DNA of 64,000 nt, from NCBI GenBank assembly GCA_964106645.2, contig OZ067039.1. One strand, given 5' to 3'. Positions 30,120 to 40,955 of the stretch are shown piece by piece (positions within the stretch are counted from its first letter, which is position 1; the number at the start of each line of letters is the position of its first letter). The position numbers and the translations under genes were made by a program. The stretch is from Podarcis pityusensis. Taxonomy: Eukaryota. The notes beneath the pieces were generated by a model. The model ran no database searches. It saw nothing but the letters and a program-made list of their open reading frames with translations, and was not told where the DNA came from.

Positions 30120-30632
30120 GACACTTTTTAATACAGGGCTTTAAAATATTGTTTCATCTTTATCTTACTTCCTTAATTTCTGATGTAAAGTGTTAGGTAC
30201 TTTTTGAAGACATGCACAATTCTTAATGCCTATTACAAATTCCTCCACTTGAAATTTGAGCATGAAATAAAATGATGCAAATTAAGTACATACTGAATTA
30301 AGAAACAAGCTAACATGCAAATATTGTTTCAAGCAGCAAACCTTCAGTTCACAAATTATGGAGAAGGAAACAGAAAATTGGAATCTACTGATCTTTCAGA
30401 AATGATCATGATTAGAAACAAATTTCATTGTGGGAATTTTCAAGGTTGTGCTTTATTGTTCAATTAGGGTTTCATGTGGCTTATTTATGGTATTTTTACC
30501 CTTGCCTTCCACACTTGTTGTGTGCTAATGACTAAAGAGCTCAATCCTGTTACACAGACGGCAACCATTTTAGGCATGTCCAACTGACACATGATTGCAG
30601 ACGCACAGGTCCTTTTGGACCCGGATGAAGGC

Positions 30633-30697
30633 TTATACGCACTCCACTGACGCTTGTGGGGGCTGGGAACAGAACCCCCGCATGAAAATGTCACCAC
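30633..30697 (-). CDS. NDEL1: Candidate NDEL1 alternative terminal exon, coding part
   Basis: ttaag|GT GGT GAC ... GTA TAA = (G)GDIFMRGFCSQPPQASVECV*. Phase fits the 25-nt exon, the segment is locally CpG-rich, and AATAAA follows at 30452-30457. Confidence 0.45.
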
Positions 30698-31443
30698 CTT
30701 AATATAAAGCAGATATATATGAATCTTGCTTGTGATATGTGGTATCAATCCACTATCCCCTCATGTGTCTCCAGATTATTATTATTTTATTAATTTGGGG
30801 TTTTTCCCCCATTTCTGGATAAATGCTATGGACAGTGGACTGTTTCAAGGCCTAATTGTTAAAAACTTTCATTTTGCTTATCACGATACTGATTGTTCCT
30901 GCTTTATGTGATCATTCATATTTTTACAAAAAACAGTTATCTTTATGTAATGTAAGGTTCAGCAGGTAGTAACTCTATTTCTGGGCCTATTTGTAATTGA
31001 TGCTCAAATACAACTAAGCCATTTGTTTTTAAAATTTCATTAAATTGTACTGTTTGCTAAAGTACTAACTTTACACAATACATTTTATATTCAAGTTTGA
31101 AATTGATGAATAAGTACTTATATATATATTATTTTGTCTCAAAATTTCTAGGGATTTGTTTTTCCATGGTTTGCAAAGTTCCAGAAGTTTCATTTCTGTA
31201 CACAGCACACACCTCAAATCTGGCACGTATTTGTCGCATTCAAGTGGCATGCATGAAGAGGACAAGAGTTCAATAGAAGTATAGCATCCTGTTACGTAAA
31301 ATCTATAAATCTAGTTACATGGCAATAAAAACCAAAAACCAATTCAGTCACAAGATTAGTATCTCAGCCCCACACATCCCTGATAAGTGACACACACTCG
31401 CATCTCCACGCATCAGGCATCACACCAAAACAGTTGCAATTAC

Positions 31444-31468
31444 CCATGAAATGCGCAGGGAATCTGAC
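31444..31468 (-). CDS. NDEL1: Candidate NDEL1 alternative 25-nt exon related to the mammalian FMGQ-isoform exon
   Basis: Pyrimidine tract + atag|GTCAGATTCCCTGCGCATTTCATGG|gtaatt; translates VRFPAHFMG versus human VIFPTLFMG(Q) as recalled. Confidence 0.6.
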
Positions 31469-34400
31469 CTATCCCAAAAGGAGAGATGGAAACAATTCAT
31501 ATTGAAAATATCTGTTATGTCAAAAGACTTCCAGGCATCACTGATGAAGGTGAGGTTCTTGAAGTCAATTTAGGAACTAGTATTAAAGCCAAAGTGGGGA
31601 ATTGCTTTCCAAATTCCACCAAGCATAGCACTAAAACAGCAAGATTAGAGTTGCCTAAAATCAATCCAGTTTACCATCTACATGTCTGCCTTGCTTTGGG
31701 AACACTTTGCTATTAGGGGTTCTGCCTGCACAACTGGCATTCATGTATACTGTATATATTTCTAATAATATAGTCAGTGGTCCTTGATGGCCTACCAGAG
31801 ACCATTTTTAGTACTAGCTTGTACAACATCAATACAGCTGTGTTTAGAATTTGATAACACTGTACATTAATGCTAACATAAGATACAAAGACACCAGCAT
31901 GGAATTCTGGCTTGGGCTGGGATCTAAAGTGTGCTCTGCTGATGGTGCTCTCATTCTGCAATAGAAACGTGTGCTACTACAATGCAAGCAATTGTACTCT
32001 TGGCAATGAGATCTAAAGCAGGATGAGATATAAACCCTCCAAGGATTGCATACACACACCTGCCATCATATCACATGCATTCACTCCCCCAGCCAACTTG
32101 GCTTGAAAACAGTATTTTGGGGTTTTTGAAGCCCAACTCCTGGAGGAGGGATGGATTTTCTGGAGATTGCAAATGGGCTGTGACAGACCATCACAACAAT
32201 TAGGCTTGAGAAAAACCTTCTCCTGATGGCAACAGAAGGCTATTTATCAAGTTTAATTGCAGAGCACAGGGTGTTTTGGTGCAAAGGGAGTATTAACACT
32301 TTCCTTCCTAGCTGTGTCAAACTGAAATGCTCTGGGAAAAGCCTTTTTTCATATTTAATTGTAGCAGGGAAGGGAACACCGTAGGCCAGATGGGGAGGTC
32401 TTAGGGATGACATATACCCCACAGGCCTATGGTTCCTCATCCCTAGTCTAACAAGCTCAAAAGACGAGTTTGCATGAAGTCATCTCAGCCACTTATCAGC
32501 CACCACCAATTTTCAGCATTACAAGGACATGAATAACTGGTTTATTCTCTGGTTCAGTCACAATTTCCAACTTCACTTAAGCTCACTTGGCTTCAAGTTT
32601 CAACAAATGACTTAAGTTAACTTTCCATATAAGAAGCCCTTAACAAGTTGTTCCTGCATGTCACTAGGTAGGACAGTACCCACCACACCCCAGTTTAATA
32701 GCCACTCAATTCCAATGCACCATAGAGTGTCAACAGTGTAAACAATTGCTACTAGCAGAACAGCGGCAAAGCCAGCAATAGAGCAATGTGTGAGTTACCT
32801 CAATCAGTCCCACCACCCAACCATAGGCCATTCATAAGGCAGCAGCAGCAGCAGATTGGGTTGGGTCCATAAACATGCGTGGCTGTTTCAGGATCCAGCG
32901 ACAATTGGGGGCAGGGAGAAGACTACAGGGGCTAGAGAAAGAGAGAGAGAGAGAGAGAAAGAAAGAAACAAACAAACAGGGGAGAAGGAGAAAAAAGAGC
33001 ATGCCTAAGCTCACTTTCCATGCCATGATAAGCTATACTCAGCCCTAGCCAGCATAGCAATAAGATGGTAGCCAATTCACAATTACTCAGAAGGGCTTAA
33101 CAATATGCAAATAAATAAATAAATAAATAAATAATCGCAGGTGGACTGAAAGGGAGGGTGGGGGAGAGACAAGGAGAAGCAGCAAAGGAAGACGGACAGT
33201 ATGCAAGGCCACAGAGTGTCAACATCGGGGCCAAAAGCAGAAGGAACTGAGAAAAGAAGTGTTGCCTTTGACTCTTCTCTGCACACTCCTGAAGAACTTG
33301 AATACCTCCCTGCTTGCTGCTCAAGAAAACCCTGTGTGTCTGCTTCATGGGATATAGCTTGTCGTTGTTATTTGTTCCCCAGCACTACCTTGAAGACAGG
33401 ATCACCAGATCTCTGTTAGACATATTCTTCAAGAGACAAGCTGCAAGAATCCCCTAACCACTGCCCAAAAGTAGGACTGCAGCTGCCTAACAGTACTGTT
33501 TACCAATTCTGTTGTTTCAGTTCTGTACTAGTTACTATAAACAACAGGGAGGTCTGCACTGAATAGGATATGGCATAGTGCAAGGTGAGGTCAGGGACTG
33601 GCAAAAAAAAAAAAAAAAAATAAGAGGACCAAATAGAAAGAAATCATTTCTGCAAAAGTGCAGAATGAGACTTGGGAAAACCTGAAGAGAATTTTGGAGA
33701 GAGACTTGTAAGAGGAAAGCCAGGGTGTTCTAAATGAAGGGATGAGCAGAAAGCAAAAAGAGGAGAGGGCAACAAAAACTAAGCCAATATAAGATGAGCT
33801 TAAACTGATAAAAAGCACAAAGGACCTGAAAAGAGACGTGAGACGATGACTGATGCAGCAATAGAGGAATAATACAAAATATACACAAATCATGAATACT
33901 TCCAGCGGGTCAACTGCATGTTGCATTACACAAACCAGCCCAGCATGCAGCCCAGCATGGAGTGACCCTTTCCTACCTTACAATCTGCTTACTGTTCACA
34001 GTATGGCTCAAGATAGCAAGCGTGGGTTTTAAGAGGCTTGCCTCTGGATTCATGACCATGAGAAGCAAATCACACATTGAAGGCACACCCAATTCACATT
34101 GAGACTAAGTGTATCCACAAGCAATTTCCTATCCCACCTTTGTGCAAATGGCAAAGATGCAGCTTGGTCTGTAAGCTATACAGAAAACATCATTAAGCCA
34201 GGCACAAAGGCAGCCAGCAGAGCTTCTACTTTCCCTTTCCCCTCCCAAACTTCTGAAGGACTCAGCTGCTTATGTGGATTTAGTTTTGCACATGAATTAT
34301 GTACCACACTTTGCCCTAATCACACTTAGTCACATCTAGGTTAGACTGCTGTCTTGAGGTCTGTCAGGGACTGCTTTTGAAAAAGGTACCAGAAATGCAG

Positions 34401-34975
34401 CTGTTAGATTGCAACTGGTGCAGGCTGCATGGAACATAACACTTCAGTTTTGCAACAACTTCATTGCCTAACTCCCTGTTTATGTCACCTAAACAATCTC
34501 TGTGCAGGATAATTTAAGGATGACCCTGATCCTCCACAATCCAAAGTATGGGGAAAGGTGGCATAGGGCAGGGCTTTCTTTGCAGTGGCTCCAAATCTCT
34601 GCAAAAAGATTAGGAACATGGTTGACCATACACTATTTAAAACCTCACAAATGCTCAAGGCAGCATAGCTCCCGAAACCTTTGAAACAAACAGCTCTTAA
34701 CTAGAGCTGGACCAATATTTTTGGCACAGCTCTTTTTGCCCATTTGCAGGGGAGGGGCATAAAAGGCTAGAATAATTTTTGCCCAAATTGGGAAAGAGCA
34801 GAAGAAATTTCTGAGAAAGTTCTCTCAGTGGAAAGAGTGGAAAGGGCTCGCTTACCTTACATTTTATAATGAAATTACCAAGAGTGTGTATCATTTCAAA
34901 CATTAACAAGTTTGTCTTCCTGTACTTGATATGACAGAGGAAGAGAAACTCTGTAGTCCTTCACATTCTCTACGG

Positions 34976-35411
34976 CAGTGGTTGAGAAAACTCCAGCCCA
35001 CAGGCTAATTTGTTCTGCTAGGAGTCCTTAATATGGCCTGTAAGCCATTTCTCCTAAGCCATGCCCACCTGCCATCATATATGATGCCATATATGAGGTA
35101 ACGATGCAAGAGAAAGGAATAACCAGGAGCCTTAGAATATACTCCCAACTACTCTTTGGCAAGTGGGGCTTGTATGCAGCACCTGTTAAATTTGGCTGAT
35201 CAGCACCAACTTCAAGCCTCGCTGCAATCTTGCTTGGCGACACAGTTTGACTTTGAGCTGTGTTGCCTAGGAAAAATGGGTCACCTGACATTGTGATATC
35301 AAGTGATTGACAAGTGGGCAGGACTTTGACACTGCAGCTGTCAAAGTGTCCCACTGCGGATGGGGGAGCTAAGGATCTGGCTTACCAGCCAAATTCTATT
35401 TCCCACCACTG
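34976..35411. mobile_element. Old hAT-like MITE
   Basis: CAGTGGTTGAGAAA ... TTTCCCACCACTG imperfect inverted ends; degenerate 8-bp flanks. Confidence 0.5.
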
Positions 35412-36246
35412 CCCTATAGTTTAAAAAATAAAAATTTGGATCAGGACAACTTTGTGCAGGAATGGGTGAGTTAACCCAACCCTTCCCCTTCATGATCTTA
35501 CCTAAATCAAAACATCCACAACGGCATGACAGTTAACACTCAGGAAAAAAAAGGTCCTGTTGACCCTAAACCCTCTGCCTCCTCATTCTAAGAAGTAAAG
35601 TGAGTCCAAGCCAACCACTACCCACAAAATTTTCTTCTGTCCATCTTGAAATCTAATGGAAAACATATTCATTTTCCCAAGGGGACAAATGGTCCAACAA
35701 ATATGAGGGTGGGAGTTCAGCTCACCACCATTACTACAACATTCTGTTAGACATACGAGGTAGCCATGATGGAATACTCCTGAGTTTCACTGATGGCATG
35801 TGAAGGCTAGGTTGTTTCTTACTTAACAAACTTCACTTAACTCTTGGAAAGAAACCAAAGCATGAAGTGTCACAGTAAGCCAAACAAATCTGACCTCATG
35901 ATGCCTTGCTTATTTTGAGTGATGTTCCACTATTTGCTATTAACTCCTTTCCCCAACTGTACAGAACACTCTAAAGGGCCCACTACAATTTCTTGAAGGT
36001 TGCCAAGCCAGCTTCCTAGTGCTACAGCTTAGGTGCCAAACTGGAGAACATGAAAGCTCAGATTCGCATCCTCAGAGGGTCAAGGTATCCTGTTCTCTGG
36101 GCTTAACAAGAGGCCTGTAGATGATGGGCTTCCTTAAGTTGCACCCTATATCCACAGGAAATATGTCCATAGGCCAAAGGTTGGAAGCTTTTGTCTATTA
36201 GCATACAAACTACATCCCTGAAACATCGAGCACAACCAGAACTTAC

Positions 36247-36398
36247 GCTTTGTCATAGAATGTCGTGTGTCCTGAATGACAGAACTTCATGCCATTGCTG
36301 TTTATCATGCTGCTGTTTATGTTCCCTGAAATGTAAGATTTCCGCGATGCCTGGTCCTTCGCAAAGTTTCTACAAGCAGCTAATTTCGATTCCAAGGC
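36247..36398 (-). CDS. NDEL1: NDEL1 exon 8 (152 bp; absent from ORF track)
   Basis: ctcag|GCC TTG ... AAA GC|gtaag; ALESKLAACRNFAKDQASRKSY...HTTFYDK. Confidence 0.95.
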
Positions 36399-37105
36399 CT
36401 GAGAAAGAAGTAGATAACAGAGCTTTTTATTTAAAGTAATTTGCCTTAATGAGGGTTTAGGAGAAACAGAATCAACATCAGCAGATTCAACAAAATATAA
36501 GATGGAGCAATGACTCAGGGCAGCCAGTCAATCTTCCGATTCCACTTATGTCACATTCTTAGTAAGAGAAGCTGATTTGAAAAGTCTGCTCTTGAATAGA
36601 ACATGGATTCCCAAATTCAGGACAGAATTCTTCAGAGGAGAACTCCCTTATTGAAAAGCCAAAATGCCCTTCAAAATGTTAAAAATAGTAGAAATTGAAA
36701 TTTGCATCATTTTATGAGGAAATCTTGGAAAAGCTGGGAGCAGCTGGCAAAAAAGGTAAGAACTAGAGGCATTTGTTACAGGAAAGTAGAAATACTAGAA
36801 GAATATGCAAATAACCATCAGAGCTGGGATGTGACTGGAGAGACAACAGACTATGGGGGGATACTCTGAGCTAACCAGCTAACCTCTTTAATGGGATTTG
36901 TGAGATAAATGCTCTATGATTTCATTAAGCATTGCCCATCCACTTTTGCACTCCTCAATGCACACACACACACACACATATATGCATTCTGAATTCTGCA
37001 ATGGGCAGGGTGAGAGAGGGGTAGAGAGAAGACAACAACAGCTTGCCACTATCTAGGGTGAGTAAGCCAGCAGCACACACTTTGGTTCCCAAGAGAACTA
37101 ATTCC

Positions 37106-37107
<2 letters not shown>

Positions 37108-37182
<75 letters not shown>
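37108..37182. repeat. Compound (TC)n(AC)n(AG)n microsatellite, self-complementary ends
   Basis: Direct reading. Confidence 0.9.
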
Positions 37183-37401
37183 TTGGCTCAAACATTTTGA
37201 AGCAGATACCTTCATTCACAATGCTATTAACAATGTATTTGTTTCAATTAGCATCCTTGTTTACAGTTCATCTCATAACAAAGAATGTGACAGAATCAGT
37301 ATGCAACAGTATCAATGAAAAGTCCTAGGCTACTTTAAACATAGCCTGGAACTCTGAAAGAGAGAATAAATAAGTCATGCATGGTAATGAAAGGCTCTTA
37401 C

Positions 37402-37493
37402 CCCAACTTTCCTTAGGAGATCACCTACAATATTGAGCGCAGATATTCTGGCTGAGGGAGTAAGGGGACTGGTACCAAAACCGTTGGGAAGAG
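37402..37493 (-). CDS. NDEL1: NDEL1 exon 7 (92 bp; absent from ORF track)
   Basis: tgcag|CT CTT CCC ... GTT GGG|gtaag; [31 protein letters not shown]. Confidence 0.95.
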
Positions 37494-38218
37494 CTGCAGA
37501 AGGGAAAAGACAAGAGACTAGTCACATGGATGTACATATGAACAAAAAAGGAAAATGAAGAGCATGACCACTCATGTTCCCCGGCCCCTAAGAACAGTTG
37601 CTCTCTGGGAAAATATCACCACTACACATATTTATGAAGACCAACTATCTCAGTCAGTTCCCTAAAACCTTATCTCACAATCTTCAAATATCTACATTGC
37701 CATTATATGGGATAGGATTTTATAACAAAAACAAGAAGCAATGGAAAAATAATCAACCATTTTATTTGTATGCCACCTTTACAAAGTTAAAAACATGCTC
37801 AAGGCACCTTATTAAAAAATGTAACAAAAGTAGTCATAAAAAAAGAAACAAAACATCAAAAAGTATACAACCAAACTGAACGATTTCCACATAAATAAGA
37901 TACAAAATAAAGATATAAAAAAACCCCAGAAACACATACACACCACAAAAAACCCGCTCAAGATTCTTTCAGCAGCCTCAGCTTTTGTAGCTGAAGTCAG
38001 TCACGGTCACACCCTCCCAGGCCAGGTGGAAAAAAATAAGTCTTAATTAATACACAAGTAAATCTTTGTTGCTGTATATGGCTCAAAATTTGTTCTTTAA
38101 CTTCTACTCTGAGACTGGCCCACATTACTACAGCTGTGCAAGAACTGTGCAAGTTCTACATTCACACACAATGTAAACAGTAGAACATTCAGAGCATAAC
38201 ATGTGTATTGTGTTCTAC

Positions 38219-38392
38219 CTTTTGGAGAGGGAAAGCTGTTCTCACAGCTTTTCCCAACAGGTGTTGCTGGCAGTGAGAGTGATGCTTGGACAGCTGAATC
38301 CATCTTCTCACAGTCCAAGGTTGGGGAACTAGGCGCTGACTTCCTGGTCACTTCCTGTTGCCTTTCCCGTACTGCTAATTCTTGTCTTAAAT
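38219..38392 (-). CDS. NDEL1: NDEL1 exon 6 (174 bp)
   Basis: tacag|AT TTA AGA ... AAA G|gtaga; [12 protein letters not shown]...SAPSSPTLD...LPATPVGK...FPSPK. Confidence 0.96.
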
Positions 38393-39961
38393 CTGTAAGT
38401 TTGAAGAAGAATATATTGCAGATGTGTCCCATAACACAGAGAACACATCCACCTTACCCTCCAACTTCTGTTGTACTCATTTCTCTGGAGATTCCTACCA
38501 TCTCTGAGTAGGTTTGTGAAGGCCAAATGAGACACAAACAGAACGTTGGCTGGAGCTGCATGACTTGATCTCAAACCCTAACTTGGACAAGACTTCCTTT
38601 GAACTAAAGCTTGACGTCAATAATGAACAATTTCCATTGTCCATCAATGCAAGTTACACAGAAGTAGCATAACTAATAACCCTTAAGCAAAGGCAAACTG
38701 CCCATCAGGTAAATTCACCTCCCTCCTCCCACTAGCTTTTATAAATGTACTCCTTGGCAATCAAGCATCTGCTTGGCTGACACAGCATATTCATATTTTG
38801 AATAGCACCTCACACTTCCATTGTGGAAAAGACAATTTTTGTTGAAACGTCAAAAGAACCCAAGTCTATAAAATATACACACTCTTATTTTATTTTACCA
38901 AATTATAAGTGCAGGCAGCACACCACAACAGGGAGAGACAAGAAGTCTGTGCAGAATGGCACAGCAAGGTCTTTTTAGTGTCTTGCCAGGTACTGGTTGC
39001 CAGGAGCTGAGGCTGCCTCAAAGCAAGCAAGCAAGCAGGCAAGGGAGCCCAGTCAGCCAGTCCACCAGCCCTTGATGTTGGGAATGGACAGACAAGTCCC
39101 AGGACCTTGTGGGGCAGCATGAAGAAGGAGTCTATTCCCTTCCCTTCCTCTTTGTGGAAGGAGAGCAACCCAAGAGACCAGGGGCGGCAGCAGCGGCTGC
39201 CCAGACGACTCCCAAGGAGAGGGGAGAGGAGGCTAAGGGAACACTCTACAAGGAAGCGTGTTTGAAAAACGGTGAGTGGCTGCCAGCTCTGCAGGCAAGG
39301 GGTGACATAACTGGGCTCCTGAGCCTCACAGGGATGCCACAGAAAGAATGCTGAAGGTGCCAGACATGCCTTTATCTACATACTGCTGAAGCCTCTTCCG
39401 AGAAATGTTCCATAAGTCAGGGATTTCCAAAGGAGATTACATAAGTACAGATGGGTTTCAAAGTTACTTAATATGTATTTCCTCATCAAATCTGGTCTGC
39501 TGATGTCCAACAGATCATTGATTCGTGTTCTGAAATATGATAGCCACTACATAAAGCATGGCTGGGAAACCTATTTGCCTCCACAGGTCAAATCCTTATC
39601 AGGATCAGCCTTGTAAGCCAAATATGACATGACATCATGACGACATCACATGATTGATAGGTGGGCAACGCCACCCATCTCTCAAAATACCTTGTGTGAA
39701 CTTTCCAGGCACCCACCTGGCTGTTTGGTGCTTGGAAACCAGTAGTAGTTCAAAGCCCTTTTACTGTTTCTATGAACCTCCCAGTATGGCTAGGAAATAC
39801 CTGCTTTCCAACATCATAATATATTGCCAGCTAAACTTCACGATATGACAATATATTACAATTTGGCTTACATTTGTACCCACGGTTCATTCTAAAAGTT
39901 CCTATTTATTCCTTCACAACCAGATTCCATCTTCATTAACTAAGCATTAATTTAGCAATAC

Positions 39962-40098
39962 CTCTTGCTTCATCCTTCAGCCTTTGTACAGAAACTAGCA
40001 GAGATTCCTTGTCATCTAACTCGCTTTCCAAAAAGGCATTTCTCTCAATGGCCTGATTCAGTCTTTGTTCAAAGTCTTCCAAGGAAACAATTGTGGCC
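39962..40098 (-). CDS. NDEL1: NDEL1 exon 5 (137 bp)
   Basis: tctag|G GCC ACA ... AGA G|gtatt; [27 protein letters not shown]...DEAR. Confidence 0.96.
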
Positions 40099-40806
40099 CT
40101 AGACACACACAGAGAAAAACAGAGGATACAGCTCTTCAGTGCACATTCAAGAGTCACTTCTAAAACTATCGTATTATAAGCCATGGTTAGTTTGTGGTCA
40201 GCAAACTTTCTGAATTTATTTGCAAGGATGCCCTAAACCCCTGAGAGCAGGATTTCATTTTAAAGATATTTGCGGCTCCTATTCATGATGTACAACATTT
40301 AACTATTATATATACTTAACCATAAATAAAATAAAATAATATTTTTGGCACATTTGGTGCCAACCTGATCCTGTGGGCTGTAGATGTAGCAGAAATCATT
40401 GACCACTTTCCTCACAGCACATTCTGAATGCTAATTTATCCTTCTGGAGAGAATCAGTCCAACCAGGCACAAACACTACACACATACATATATATTTTTA
40501 TGGGGACTGTGCAAAATAATTTGTTGTATAAATGGAAATTATAGTCATTGCGTGTTTTACATTAATGCTTCAAAATTCAATCATATTTTTTGCTAACCCA
40601 AGAGGCTACCACATAAAAGATGTTTTGGAAATATGATAAGCACTGTAGATGTTTTAGTTACACAACTGCATCAGTATCAATTCACTATTTATAGCATACA
40701 AGGTTCTTTGGAAGCTACTGAAACAAAAACCTGAGCAGCAAGGCAATATAAGGAGTTATCTGTCTCAGGAAGGGAATAGACTACCACCCAACACCATGAC
40801 CCTTAC

Positions 40807-40955
40807 CTCTTAGCACGCTCAAGGTCATCATTGGATTGCTCTAGCTCTCTCACATATTTATGCAGCTGGTCTTTAATTGCCCGGGTCTGACTCAAGTCAT
40901 CCTCCAACAAAGACACTTGCTTGTAGCTTTGTGAATACTGGTGCTCAAGCTTCTC
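40807..40955 (-). CDS. NDEL1: NDEL1 exon 4 (149 bp)
   Basis: ttcag|GAG AAG ... AAG AG|gtaag; [13 protein letters not shown]...DLERAK. Confidence 0.96.

Noticed and set aside
33901-33913. ~14-nt AG...GT segment beside a UGCAUG motif
   Set aside because: Weak donor (gtattc), poor pyrimidine tract and an immediate stop; not supportable without reads.
35386-35395. 10-nt AG...GT segment that would also convert phase for the 25-nt NDEL1 exon
   Set aside because: No pyrimidine tract, and it sits inside the end of an old MITE.
38940-39370. GC-richer patch in NDEL1 intron 5 with a plus-strand ACG|GTGAGT donor (possible antisense exon)
   Set aside because: No clear acceptor or promoter, and the ORF is unremarkable; more likely a decayed transposon interior.
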